The notes beneath the pieces were generated by a model. The model was not told where the DNA came from, made no database searches, and was given only the letters and a program-made list of their open reading frames with translations. Below are positions 1 through 12,346 of a DNA stretch of 64,000 bases, in pieces; within the stretch, counting starts at the first letter, position 1; each line of letters starts with the position of its first letter. The DNA is from Octopus sinensis (lineage: Eukaryota), in contig NC_042998.1 in the NCBI RefSeq assembly GCF_006345805.1, positions 88,226,001-88,290,000 of the forward strand, written 5' to 3'. Position numbers and translations under genes: made by a program.

Positions 1-225
1 TAGCAAATACCTGAGTACCTGTGTGTGTGTGTGTATGAAGAGTTGATACGAATTAAAGTTTCTGCTGCTTTTATTGGCGTTGTTGTTTGCGTTGGTGGTG
101 CCAATATTATAGTTCTCCATGCGGTTGTTGGCAGCGTTGGTACAGGTGGTAGCAATTTTGTTGTTGGTACTATTTTTAACGACGACGTCGGCAACAACAA
201 CAACAATAATTATAATAATAATTTC

Positions 226-420
226 TACTAAAGGCAAAGGCCAGTAATTTCGGTGGTGGGGGAAACTCAATTACATCGATCCCAGTACTTATTTTATCAA
301 TCCCGAAAGGGTGAAAAGCAAAGTCGACCTCGGTGGATTTGGACTCATAACATGAAGACGGATAAAATGCCGCTAAACATTTTGCTCGACGTGCTGATGA
401 TTCTGCCAGCTTGCTGCCTT
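226..420 (-). mobile_element. tRNA-derived SINE, family 1 (CORE-like body; octopus OR-type, tentative)
   Basis: Minus strand reads AAGGCAGCAAGCTGGCAGAATCATCAGCACG...GTCGACTTTGCTTTTCACCCTTTCGGGATTGATAAAATAAGTAC. The same motif set recurs more than 10 times in the window. Confidence 0.75.
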
Positions 421-1115
421 AATAACAACTACGACGACGACGATATGATGATTATGATGATGATGATGATGACGACGACGACGACGACGATGATGACTTT
501 TTGTTCTTTATTAATCACAGAGGTAGAATATACATACAATGAGCGTTACAATAAGTGCGTTACTAAATACGTAGTAATGGACAAGACAAACTCATGCAAA
601 AAGAGGGAAAGCGAATGTATTAAAATGATTTTAAAAAAGGTCAAATATAAACAACATGAAATACAATAATTGAAGCATGATATTGTTTAGTTAAAAAAAA
701 GAAGCATAAAAAGCATTTCTGGTAACCCATCTGCAACATGGTAGAAGCCACTAAAGAAGTGCACCATAACTTTTGTCTTCTGTCACTCGATGAAACTAAG
801 TGTACCTGTGAGCATCTCCGATGTCGGAGTTGGTAAAAAAGTCATCTTGCGCAAAATTTCGTAGTAGTAGTTCATAAACCAAGAGTGTGATATTTTAACT
901 GCAGATTATCACAAGATACTCAACAAAATTGGAGCCTATTTCCTTCGTGGCCAACACATTGCCACACTGTTGTTTTTATTTCGGTTTATTTAGTACTACT
1001 ATCTTTTCATCGTTTGTTTTACGAGGAACTGTTTAACTTCGTTTTAACATGGAGATAGCGGAGTTCCTCTTCACACATTTTGCTTGACTAATCTCAAGTA
1101 TATTATTTTTTCTTC

Positions 1116-1174
<59 letters not shown>

Positions 1175-1968
1175 TACTTTTCCCGCTCACTCCAGCAGTT
1201 TTCCATTGCTGCTCGCTTTCCGTCTCCTCTTCATTGTCACAAATTGGTGAAGTGTCACTGATGGTTATGGCCCAAGAGGAGTTCCTTTGCCTCGTAGTTG
1301 GCTCCTGAATCAGGATCTAGGTGATCGCGTTTGATGCTTGCAGAGCCGTGTACCAGGGTGTTTAAGGAATAGCAGCGTGGGAGGACTACTGTTGGTAATG
1401 CTCTTTTTATTTTTTATTTTAGTATTCTAACTTTTCTGAACATGAGTCTTTCAAATTACTTTTACCGCCATACTTGTAGCGACGAGGAATTTTGCTCTGA
1501 ACAAGAAAAATTATGCTTTTCTCTTAGTAATTATTTTAGCGCACAACCCCAGGATTAGGTGCTATTCCCGTTTCAGACGAAATTCTCTTGATTAACACTA
1601 GCTGATTTTGTTTTTTCGCTGTATTCTCAGTTTTAAAATACAACACATAATGTCACTGGTGGTTTCTTTCCCGAATAGGTATCTCTCTCCACATATCAGC
1701 AAGGAACATTTCTGATCTGAGACATAAGAAATACTCGGGCGACTTTGGTAATATATATATACAGATTACCTTCCTTCTTTGGCCTTGTGTGATAACTTCG
1801 AGTAAAGAAACACCTGTTTAATCACATAAACCTATCATGTAGGCTTTGTTTTGTCCTAATGTGACATGCCTAAAGTTCTGTTGGAAGTTTTGTGCGCGCG
1901 CTCGCTTGTGAACCTTGCCGTTGCTTTTGCCAATGCCAAAACCATTTGCCGAACTGTTCATACAAGTA

Positions 1969-3153
1969 CAGTGCGCGAAGACAAGATTACATGCAAAAAA
2001 GTTTTATTTCAGTTAACGATATTCTTCTTTTGTTTTAGTAACTTTCGCGTTGTGTGTAAAAATTATTTCAAAACATTTTTGAAAAAATATTTATCACATG
2101 GCAATATACATATATATCACGCAACAACAGGAAAATATTTTTTAAACTTAATTTGGTAATAATAGCAGATAGGAGACCCGTGAAGAGAAACAAGCCAAAA
2201 TTATAGCACATCACTTTTAAAGAACGTGACCTTCGTCATATGAGGCACGTTTCGATTAAATGTCCTCGAAGTACTTTACATGATCTTATAAACCAACATG
2301 GACCAAAAGGGGGTGATGTTTCTTTTATTCACTGTTCTATAGGTAATGAATGAAGTAGGCATCCGTGCGATAAAACTACGAAAATGTCCTCTTCTTACTA
2401 AACAGATAACCAAGCTATAAGAATGGGTACTTAAACACGAGAACTGGAATGTGGAACAATGGAAAACAGTCATTTTTAGCGACGAGACAATGCTTCAAAT
2501 TATAGATGACTGCCTAAATTTTTTGTTACTAGTAGATGGTCATCCACTTACACCGGATCATTTCTTAAAAGCACTAAAACATCCGGTGCAAGTAATGATC
2601 TTGGCATATTTTTACTATGGGGAACTGGATGCCGCTATGTTGTTGAAGGGAAGCTTGATAGTAAGAAATACGAAAAGGGCATCATCGAGCGTTGTGTTGT
2701 GCTGAAAGTAAATGACTAGCTTGCAAATTGATGTAGCATTTTTCAGTAAGATAACACAACAATTCATGTTAGCAAGCATTCAATGGATTCCTTTCGTCAA
2801 CATCATGTGACGCAGCTTGATTGAGCTCTGTCTACATCTAAAATCATATAAAATCACTACAGACTAGGACGAAATAAGAAATCATTCATGTTTTTTATAT
2901 TCGAGTGTGGCACAGAGATAATGAAATTAAGAAAAGTGCCAAAATCTGGTGGAATCTATGCCCAGAAGAGAAGCCGTTATTGTTCACTCTAAATGAGATC
3001 CAGTAAAGTATTGAGCATAACTTGAATCATTTCTTTTTCTTTCTACTTAACTTCACATGACAATTTGAAAGTTATAGTTGAGTTTTTAAGTTATTGATAA
3101 AAATCTAATATTCATGTCCTTTTGACTTAATGCAAACTTGCTGTCGCACTCTG
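1969..3153 (+). mobile_element. Decayed Tc1-like DNA transposon
   Basis: TA|CAGTGCGCGAAG at the left end and CGCACTCTG|TA at the right end (degenerate TIRs). Transposase remnants WNVEQWKTVIFSDET (2445-2490) and an F(Q)QDN-like motif (~2742). Many stops and frameshifts. Confidence 0.75.
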
Positions 3154-3519
3154 TACCACTGTCGATATAAATAAAAAATTTTCTTTTGCAATGCTTAGGC
3201 TTTGCTGTATAATCTTGTTCATTTTTCTTTCTGTTTTGTTTTTTCTATGTGGCTATCTTCATTTCAATTTTTTTTCCGAGGGAGAGTTACTTCTATTTCT
3301 CGGAATCGTTTTATTTACGCAGGTAGAAAAAAAAAACAGAGAAAAATATATAATTCGTGTAAAAAAAGAGTAACTTATTTTTCTTCTGATACCCCTATGG
3401 AAGGCTCTTAATTTTCTGAAATGTCACCTTATCTTAGCAAATTTTTACAAAGATGTTATCACATGGAGTTATACATGTTAAAATCCAGAGCTTTGGAGAG
3501 CAATTTGAAAACATGTATA

Positions 3520-3580
3520 CGACAAATAACAATAATAACAACAACAACAACAACAATAATAATAATAATACTGATAATAC

Positions 3581-3661
<81 letters not shown>
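3520..3661. repeat. (AAC/AAT)n followed directly by (ATT)n: self-complementary trinucleotide tract
   Basis: Direct reading: the AAT run switches to an ATT run at ~3610. Confidence 0.95.
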
Positions 3662-3662
<1 letters not shown>

Positions 3663-3669
3663 ATTGTTA

Positions 3670-4161
3670 AATTTGGTGTGACCAAACTCCAGAAGGAGAC
3701 ACCGAAAATAAGAATTGCAAAATCCTGTGGGATGCAATGATTCAGTGCGATCACCCGAACAGACATCGTTGTGGTGAAAAAGAAAGAAAGAACATGTATG
3801 ATAATCGACATAGCATACCCCGGTGACAACAGGGTCAATGTGAAAGAAGAAGAAAAAATAAACAACTATGACGATTTGAAATGGGAAATACGAAGTTTGT
3901 GGTCAATGAAGAGAGTAAGCGTAATACCAATAGTAATTGGTGCACTTGGAAATATCAGCACCAACTACCACTATGACTGAAAAAGATTGGTGCAAGTGTG
4001 AAGGTAGAACACCTACAAAAATCAGCCTTGCTTGGAACTGCAAGAATTCTTCGCAGGATTCTTGAAGCATAACCAGTAAAGAAGTGTCACCGTAGTCTGC
4101 TGGCTGTAGAATGATGACACTTACCATCTTACCCAGCAAAATAAGCTGGGAGTTTTCATAA
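3670..4161 (+). mobile_element. R4/Dong-type non-LTR retrotransposon 3' fragment D1 (RLE domain + 3' UTR)
   Basis: KILWD..IQCD, PDIV-like, IIDIAYPGD, K..NYDDL, VIPIVIGALG, LQKSALLGTARILR motifs; frameshifted. Confidence 0.9.
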
Positions 4162-4637
4162 CCTGAAGGCATCGTCGAAAATAGAAATGCAAAGATCCTA
4201 TGGGATTTTATGATTCAGTGCGACCATGAGATAGAAAATAGGAAGCCGGATATAGTCTTAATTGAGAAAGAAAACAAACTATGCAGTATCATATATATAG
4301 CATGCCCAGCTGACAACAAGGTATGCGATAAGGAAGAAAGAAAAGTTGAGAGATATGACAGGTTAGCTTGGGAGGTTAAGCACTTGTGGTCGATGAAAAA
4401 GGTAGCAGTAGTACCAATAACTGTCGGAGCCCTGGGAACAGTGAGCAAAAATCTTGAGAGGTATGTGGAACAAAATAGGACTGCAATAAGTGTTGAGCAC
4501 TTGCGGAAGACAGCACTGCTTGGAACCGCTCGAATACTCCGGAAGGTGCTCGAAAAGTAAGAGGTGGTACCTTAGTTCACTGGTAGTGAACAGCTGACAC
4601 TGTAGTACGTCTCCAGCGTTAGAAGCTGTGCAAAAGC
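4162..4637 (+). mobile_element. R4/Dong-type 3' fragment D2 (RLE + 3' UTR), ending in a (TAA)n tail
   Basis: ORF 4210-4560 has RKPDIV, K.ERYDRL, VPITVGALG, LLGTARILRKVL. It starts immediately after the TAA ending D1 and is followed by (TAA)n at 4638-4685. Confidence 0.92.
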
Positions 4638-4653
4638 AATAATGATAATAACG

Positions 4654-4685
<32 letters not shown>

Positions 4686-4876
4686 TCTTATTATTATACA
4701 TTATATTATATATACATATTATATAATATATATATATATACATTATATATATAATGTATATATGTCATATACATATTGTATATATATATTATATATATTA
4801 TATCATATATATTAAATATATATTATATGTATCATATATATATATATATTATATATAAGATTATATAATAATAATA

Positions 4877-4910
<34 letters not shown>

Positions 4911-5207
4911 TATTATTATTTATATACACACATATATATATCATATATATATATATATATTATATATATATTATATCATATATATTAAATATATATTATA
5001 TGTATCATATATATATATATATATTATATATAAGATTATATAATAATAATAATAATAATAATAACAATAATAATAATTATTATTATTTATATACACACAT
5101 ATATATATCATATATATAAATCATATATTAAATATATAGTATATTATATGTATATATATTTTATATGTATTATATTATATTATATATATATTATATATTA
5201 TATAGAT

Positions 5208-5246
<39 letters not shown>

Positions 5247-5270
5247 ATATTATATTATGTTACATTATAT
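4686..5270. repeat. AT-only low-complexity tract with an internal ~170-bp tandem duplication
   Basis: TA/TAA mosaics; the block ATATATTATATCATATATATTAAATATATATTATATGTATC...TATACACACATA occurs twice (~4790 and ~4965). Confidence 0.85.
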
Positions 5271-5667
5271 TATAGTAGCAGAAAGGGCGGAATTTCTGTT
5301 ATCCCCAAGTGGTGAGTTGTAACATACATATAACATAAAAGAAGGGAAATGCACATTCTTGACATAGTTTTAAGATATTTTTTAATATATCTAATATCGT
5401 GCTTGTCGACCAGTTTTGCTTTCGCTAATCATGACATTAAAATTTATTTAAGTACGTGTTCTGTATTTGTCGATGAAAACATTTTCTTTATTTAAACGTT
5501 GTAAAGAAATTGAATCTTTGCACTAGTAGAAGGGGAAAACTTTAAGAATTGATTTGATGTTACCTGCATATCTCTATATGTGTTCACTTAAAGAAATATG
5601 TCTGTATTGCGGGAACCGGATTTATGTAGAGTGGTTCTCCGTCTCAATGTCACCCTTGTCTGTCCTA

Positions 5668-6905
5668 TTAGGATGTCAAGAAAGTTCTTGCGGTTTTTAA
5701 CCTTTAAATTCAGATGCACATATCTCGGCTCAAACATAACTTTATTAATCGAAATAAACACCATCAGAATCAATACTTTTGGCAACGCGAAACAAGTTTA
5801 CTTATGCCAGCAGCGTGAAAATCCTGCATTCTGGTGGCGATGAAGTTGTTGAAGGTGTGTTGTCATCGTCTTGGTTTTTGAAGCATTTCTCACGCAGGAA
5901 GTTATCGAGATGCTTGAAAAGTGGTAGTCGGTAGGCGAGACGCCTGGTGAGTATGGCGGATGAGGCAGAGTTTCGTAGCCCTATTCGTTCAACTTCTGCA
6001 GGGTCAGTTGTGCGACATGCGGCCGAGTGTTGTTGTAGAGAAGAACTGGTACTCTTCTATTGACCAATGCTGGCTGTTGTTGTCGGAGTTTCTTATGCAT
6101 TTCATCCACTTGCTGACAGTACTTCTCCGCTGTAATGGTTTCGCCTGGATTCAAAAAGCTGTGATGGCTGAGACCGGCCTCAGACCACCAAACAGTCACC
6201 ATGACCTTCATTTGGTGCAACTTTGGCTTCGGTAAGTACCGTGGAGCTTCGTCGGCGTCCAACCACTGAGCTGAGCGTCGCTGGTTGTCGTAAAGAATCC
6301 ACATTTCATCTCAAGTCACAATCCGGTCGAGAAATGGGTCGTTCTTATTGCAAAAATAGTGGGTTTTTTTTCTTTTTGGTTGTCGTTCAATTCGTGCGTC
6401 ACCCATTTCTCAAGTATATTTGTTTTTGCAATCTCTTTCAAGTGGTTGGAAATTGTCGTATACATTACGTCTAATTCAGAAGCAAGCTCTGGAGCAGTTG
6501 TGCGTGGATTGGCTTCGACTAAGGCTCTTAGTTGATCGTTGTCAACATCCAATGGCCGACCACTACGCTTATCATATTCAAGACTTGTCACCGCTACGAA
6601 ATTTCTTGAACCATTGTGTTGTACGTTCATTAGTGGTTCCTGGACCAAACGCATCGTTGATATCGCGAGCTGTTTCAGCAGCTTTTCGGCCTAGCTTGAA
6701 CTGGAATAAAAAAATTGTGAGAATTTGCTTTTTGTGTATGTTGTATTCAACGTTCAGTATAAAATGGCATAAGTATTCAAAAAGAAAAAGAGTAACACGA
6801 TTAGATAGAGCGAAAAATGGGATTTAAAATAATATATAAATTCAAAGTAAGTTAACGAAAATTAATTTGAAAATACATTCCGAAAGAACTTTCTTGACAA
6901 CCTAA
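5668..6905 (-). mobile_element. Full-length decayed mariner (Hsmar1/cecropia-like) transposon
   Basis: TIRs TTAGGATGTCAAGAAAGTTCTTGCGG (5668) and CCGAAAGAACTTTCTTGACAACCTAA (to 6905); TA at the left end. Minus-strand transposase pieces WVTHEL, WILYDN, HPPYSP, DYHFF. Broken by frameshifts. Confidence 0.93.
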
Positions 6906-7018
6906 TGTAAATCATAAAAAACAATTAAATTATGGAAAAATTAAATGAAATGTTTTAAAAAATATTTTCATGGTTTTCAAATACGAGGACATGCTTCTTC
7001 TTTTTCCCTGTCTGTCTG

Positions 7019-7077
<59 letters not shown>

Positions 7078-7389
7078 ACACTTGTGAATACTTGGTAGTA
7101 GGTAATAGATTGTGGCAATCCTAAAAGAATATTTTATATGAGTTCTTGGTTTTGATTGTTTAAGCAGCAGTAACCGAGGAAGGAGGCAAAGAAGAAGAAG
7201 AAGAGATAGAATAAGAAAAATACGGGAGTGGTATGACAGTAGTATTATGTTGGTGGAATCCTCTTAAACGTTTGTAATAGTAGTAATTGGAATTGTTCTG
7301 AATAAATTCATGAGTAGTGACTGTTCTGAATATATCATTTTTAATATTTTCGTGAGTATTATTCTAAGACACTTGTAGAAGTGTCACTG

Positions 7390-7793
7390 GTGGTGGACAC
7401 ATTCAAAAGGGGTTTATATTTTGTGATAAATTATGACTCTTTGCTAATGCGCTGATTATAGATTGCATCGTCCCTGAATTTATGGAGGGGAAAAATTCTG
7501 AAGTCGAATTGTTTGTTAGTGACGCAAATGTCGATGTATTCGTTGAATGCTATTTTCCTGTATTCCGGAATTTTAATCTGAGATCTATGTACAGTCATCC
7601 TTTGATGTAGACTGTTTTTGGTTTGACCTATGTATTGCTATCGACACCCTGAGCAAGTTAATACATATATTAGGTTTTCCGAATCACATGTGAAGTTGTT
7701 TTCACTGTAAAACGTTGACCCTGTTTGAAAGAGAATTCATGTCCCTCAATTAGGTTGGTGCATATACGACAGCTAGGTTTTCGTTCCCTCATA
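7390..7793 (-). mobile_element. Penelope-like element GIY-YIG endonuclease fragment (Neptune-like, tentative)
   Basis: Minus-strand translation with frameshift/stops: PSCRICTNLIEGHEFSFKQGQRFTVK..FTCDSENLIYVLTCSGCR*QYIGQTKNSLHQRMTVHRSQI...KES*FITKYKPLLN. Confidence 0.88.
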
Positions 7794-7939
7794 TTTATAT
7801 GTATATATATATGTATGTACACAGACATAGATTATATTATATATAGTCTTATATTTGATCCACTTCAGTTTAGTATTAAGGAAGGTAAAGGCAGGGTATC
7901 AATTCAGAAATAGTAAGGCTAGATTCCTTAATATTGTTC

Positions 7940-9035
7940 ATGAGAAGGGGTCAGGTAGTCAACAGCGAATGCATCCGATTACTAGATGACGAGACATTAA
8001 AATCATTGATAGGAGAGAGAGTTATAAGTATCTAAGGGTATTAGAATCTGAAAGAGCACTAACTACAGATATGAAAACGAAAATGGAGAAGGAGTACATC
8101 AGAAGGGCGTGGAAGCTAAAGAAGTCAAAACTAAATGGTCCGAATCTTGTAAAGGATGTAAATACTTGGGCTCTGTTATTACTTAGATACACATCAACCT
8201 TTGTAGATTGAACAAAATGTGAATTAGCAAAGCTAGATAGAAGAACTAGGAAGGAATTCAACATGGATGGAGGACTCTATTCAAGTGCAGGAGTAGCAAG
8301 ATTACACCTACCTAGAATGGAAGGCGGAAGAGGGTTAATATCGGTAGAAGACTAGAGTGGATATAGACCCCTATGTAGGTAATAGGGAAGACATTTTTGT
8401 TAAAACCTACTAGAGTTACAGCATGACATAGAAAAACCAAAAACCGAGACGAAGTTAAAATCCAGAGAAAAGAAAATAAATTATCTGACTGACAGGAGAA
8501 GGCGTTGTATGGTAGATTCCCTAAGGTAGTTGCCGCAAATAATAGTAGTGAGACATGGTTATGGCTGCAGAAAGGAAAGCTGATAAGAGAGACAGAAAGT
8601 TTGCTAGTAGTTGCACAAGATTAAGCATTAAGAACTAATTGGATAAAAACCAAGATAGACGAAAACCAAATAGATTCCCAATGTACATTATGGAAATCTA
8701 AAAGAGGAAAGTGTTACGCATATAGTACGTGAATGTAGCATGCTGACACTGAAAGAATAGAAGAAAAGACATGACAATTTAGGGAGAGTAATCCACTGGG
8801 AGCTATGTAGAAAGCTAGGAATTGAACATACTGATAAATGCTATGAACATGAACCTAATAAAGTACTAGAAAGTAAGAAATATACGATGTTGTGGGATTT
8901 CAGCATTCAGACTGACAGAGTAATAGAAGCTAGAAGGCCTTATTTGGCAATAGTAGATAAAGAGAATCTAAAGCAGTTCCAGATAATTGACTTTACATTC
9001 CGAAATGATGAAAACATTAATATAAAAAATACAGA
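7940..9035 (+). mobile_element. Decayed R4/Dong fragment D3 (RT thumb, zinc knuckle, partial RLE)
   Basis: ESYKYL..LE, KEYIRR, KLNGPNL..VNTWA..LLRY, KLDRRTRK, LPRMEGGRGLISVED, AQD*ALRTN, RHDNLG, MLWDFSIQTDR. Confidence 0.88.
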
Positions 9036-9039
9036 AAAA

Positions 9040-9612
9040 TTTTTTTTCCAACCGTCTAATCTGTTTAGTGTTGGAAAATAAAAAATCCTAACATCGGGCT
9101 ACAAGTAATCTTAGATGCTAAGAACCCTCCTATGGGCTTACAGCAAATAACCTTAGTAACTTTAGACGCCAAGAACCCTCCTAAGTATCCTAACTCCCTA
9201 ATAACACTGTTTTCTGGAGCTGTACAAAACTGGATTTTATGCCTATTTCCTCTATCTATTTGTTAAGATCTTTAGGGAGAGTTCCCAATGCACCTACAAA
9301 TACTGGAATGCATTTTATCCGCACTTTCCATAGTTTCTGTAATTCAATGGCTAAGTTCTTGTACTTTGCTATTTTTTATGTACTTATAGTAATGTTTTCA
9401 TCATTTCGGACTGTAAAGTCAATTATCTGGAACTTTTTATTCTCTTTATCTATTATTGCCAAAAGGGCCTTCTAGCTTGTCTGAATGTTGAAATCCCACA
9501 ACATCGTATATTTCTTAATTTCTAGTACTTTATTAGGTTCATGTTCATAGCATTTATCAGTATGTCCAAAGCCTAGCTTTCTGCATAGCTCCCAGTGGAT
9601 TACTCTCCCTAA
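9040..9612 (-). mobile_element. Inverted copy of the D3-family RLE 3' end (D3'), with 3' UTR
   Basis: 9345-9612 is the reverse complement of ~8778-9030 (ATTTAGGGAGAGTAATCCACTGGGAGCTATG...). It continues into KYKNLAIEL, IPVFVGALG, LQKTVLLG. Confidence 0.88.
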
Positions 9613-9624
9613 ATAATAATAATA

Positions 9625-10499
9625 AAGCAAACCCATCAGTGGCTACGGAGCTCAGGGCTAAAAGCAGAGAGCGAAGGTTTCATCCTGGCTGCTCAAGATC
9701 AAAGCCTATTAACCCGGAACTACCAGGCCAATGTGATGAAAAATGGAGCAGACCCAAAATGCCGATTCTGCAATGACATGATTGAAACAGTGGACCACCT
9801 AATCTCTGGATGTAAAGTCTTAGCACCAGTGGAGTATAAATTAAGACATGACAGAGTTGGCCAATATCTTCACTGGCTAATAAGTCGGCATTACAATATC
9901 AAAACTGCCGACAAGTGGTATAATCACCACCCTGAGGCTGTAACTGAAGGAGAAAATGTAACCATTCTGTGGGACTTTCCAGTACATACAGACCGAACCA
10001 TCAAGGCCAATAAACCAGATATTGTTGTGAAAGACCAAAACAATAAAGTTTGCTTATTGATCGACATGAGCATCCCCTGTGATCATAATATCTCAGCGAA
10101 TGAGTTTGACAAGCTCAGAAAATATAAAGACCTACTCATTGAAATTGAGAAAATGTGGCATCTCAAGGCGGTTACAATACCAGTGATCGTAGGAGCACTA
10201 GGAATGATCAAGAAGGGAACCGAAAATTATATGAGAATGATCCCTGGCTTACCATCCCTGCAAGAAGTGCAAAAGATTGTCTTAACTGGTACATCACACG
10301 TATTGAGAAGAGCATTGTCGATGTGAGAACTGTTGCTGCTCATGTATTTTAATTTAACTTTAAAAAAAATTTTTTTTAAATGAACGAACTATTGAGTTTG
10401 GTTTAATGGCCTACCAATGTATACTATGAGTTTCTTTGCCCTAGGAGTCGGGAAGACACGCGGCAAGAAATGGAAGCAAGTTTGAAAGAAGAAAAAAAA

Positions 10500-10500
<1 letters not shown>
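9625..10500 (+). mobile_element. R4/Dong 3' fragment, subfamily A copy 1 (CCHC + RLE ORF, 3' UTR)
   Basis: ORF 9733-10326: CRFC..ETVDHLISGC, RHDRVG, KPDIV, LIDMSIPCD, KLRKYKDL. Flanked by TAA repeats on both sides. Confidence 0.95.
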
Positions 10501-10551
<51 letters not shown>

Positions 10552-10564
10552 TTATAACAATAAT

Positions 10565-10783
10565 CCTTTCTACTCTAGGCACAAAGCCTGAAATTTTGGA
10601 GGAGGGGACTAGTCGATTACATCGACCCCCAGTGTTTCACTGCTACTCACTTTACCGAACCCGAAAGGACGAAAGGTAAAATCAACCTCGGCGACATTTG
10701 AACTCGAAGTCAGAACGTAATTACGAACAAAATGCCGCTAAGCATTTTGTCCAGCGTGCTAACGATTCTATCAGCTCGCAATC

Positions 10784-10785
<2 letters not shown>
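10565..10785 (-). mobile_element. Family-1 SINE within the tandem unit (other copies at 13324-13540 and 15231-15447)
   Basis: Minus strand: GAGCTGATAGAATCGTTAGCACG A-box-like head, GAGTTCAAAT B-box-like motif, CORE-like body. Flanked by (TAA)n. Confidence 0.85.
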
Positions 10786-10868
<83 letters not shown>

Positions 10869-11462
10869 GGTCCCAACTCTGTCGTGTCTGTGAATATATT
10901 CCTTCTTAGCTAGTTGGGACCTATATGCACTGGAAACTATGCCAACATTATGGAATAACAACAGAAAAAAGATGGTATAGGCACACACCAGAAAAGGTCA
11001 CAGAAAACGAGAAAGCAACCATACTCTGGGATATGCCAATACACACAGATAGAGAAATTAAGGCCAACAGAGATCATGAAGAAAATAAATGTTTTCTAAT
11101 TGATGTATCAATACCAGCAGATGACAACGTGTCTCTAAAAGAAATGGAGAAACTTTCAAAATACAAAGACCTGGAAATAGAGGTAACCAGAATGTGGAAT
11201 CTAAGAGCAGAAACAATTCCTATCATAATAGGTGCATTAGGCATGATAAAAAAATATTCAGACAAATACCTAACAAAAATACCAGGACTTACAAACACAT
11301 ATAACATACAGAAAATTGCACTACTAGGCACTGCACACATCCTACGCTGAACACTTTCCATACAATAACCATCAGAATATCACAACAAATCACAGCACAT
11401 ACCCAAGACACACAGAGCTGCGCTCGGTAGTGAAGTAAAAGCACGATATAAAAAATATACTA

Positions 11463-11467
<5 letters not shown>
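10869..11467 (+). mobile_element. R4/Dong 3' fragment, subfamily B copy 1, with a short 5' inversion
   Basis: ORF 10925-11350: ILWDMPIHTDR, LIDVSIPAD, KLSKYKDL. 10869-10916 is inverted element sequence (minus strand reads QLAKKEYIHRHDRVGT). Confidence 0.93.
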
Positions 11468-11517
<50 letters not shown>

Positions 11518-11519
<2 letters not shown>

Positions 11520-12296
11520 TACAGAGTATCTCAACAGGCACGATAGTAACTACAGAGTATCTCAACAGGCACGATAGAGCCTACAGAGTATCTCAACAGG
11601 CACGATAGAGCTGCACAATATATTCACTGGGTAATCTGTAAAAACCTGGAGTTGCCCCATGAGAAAAACTGGTGGGAACACAAACCACCCCCAGTGCTTG
11701 AAAATGACCACATCTCACTCCTCTGGAACTTCACCATTCAAACTGACAGGAAGATAGATGCAAATAGGCCAGACATCATATTGAAAGACTTCAAACAAAG
11801 AACATGCCTCCTCATTGATATGACTGTCCCAATCGATATAAACGTATCTGTCAGGACCTACCAAAAACTGAGCAAATATAAAGATCTTGAAATAGAAATC
11901 AGCAAAATGTGGAAGCTGAAGACTAAAACAATACCTGTTGTCATAGGTGCCCTGGGAATGATAGCAAAAGGGGCTGATTGCTACCTAACTCAGATACCAG
12001 GAAACCCAAAAATGGCAGAAGTTCAAAAGATAGTGCTCATGGGAACTGCTCATATCCTACGCAAAATACTCTCTATGTAACCTCAAGGTTTAAAACAACT
12101 ATAATTTTCGGTTTAAAAAAAAAAAAAAAAAAAAAACTTTTTTTTTTTAGACATTCATTAGTACAACATCCCCACCCCCAAATATATGGCACACTAGGCA
12201 TAACAGCAACATGAACTTCCAACCCTGTTGTCTCTTGAGGTCTCTGGGTGAGACTTGGAGCCAACTTGTACAAATATAAAGCAAAAGTCAAACATA

Positions 12297-12298
<2 letters not shown>
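11518..12298 (+). mobile_element. R4/Dong 3' fragment, subfamily C (single copy), with a triplicated 5' end
   Basis: ORF 11652-12080: RPDIIL, LIDMTVPID, KLSKYKDL. CTACAGAGTATCTCAACAGGCACGATAG occurs three times at 11519-11608. TAA tracts on both sides. Confidence 0.93.
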
Positions 12299-12345
<47 letters not shown>

Positions 12346-12346
<1 letters not shown>

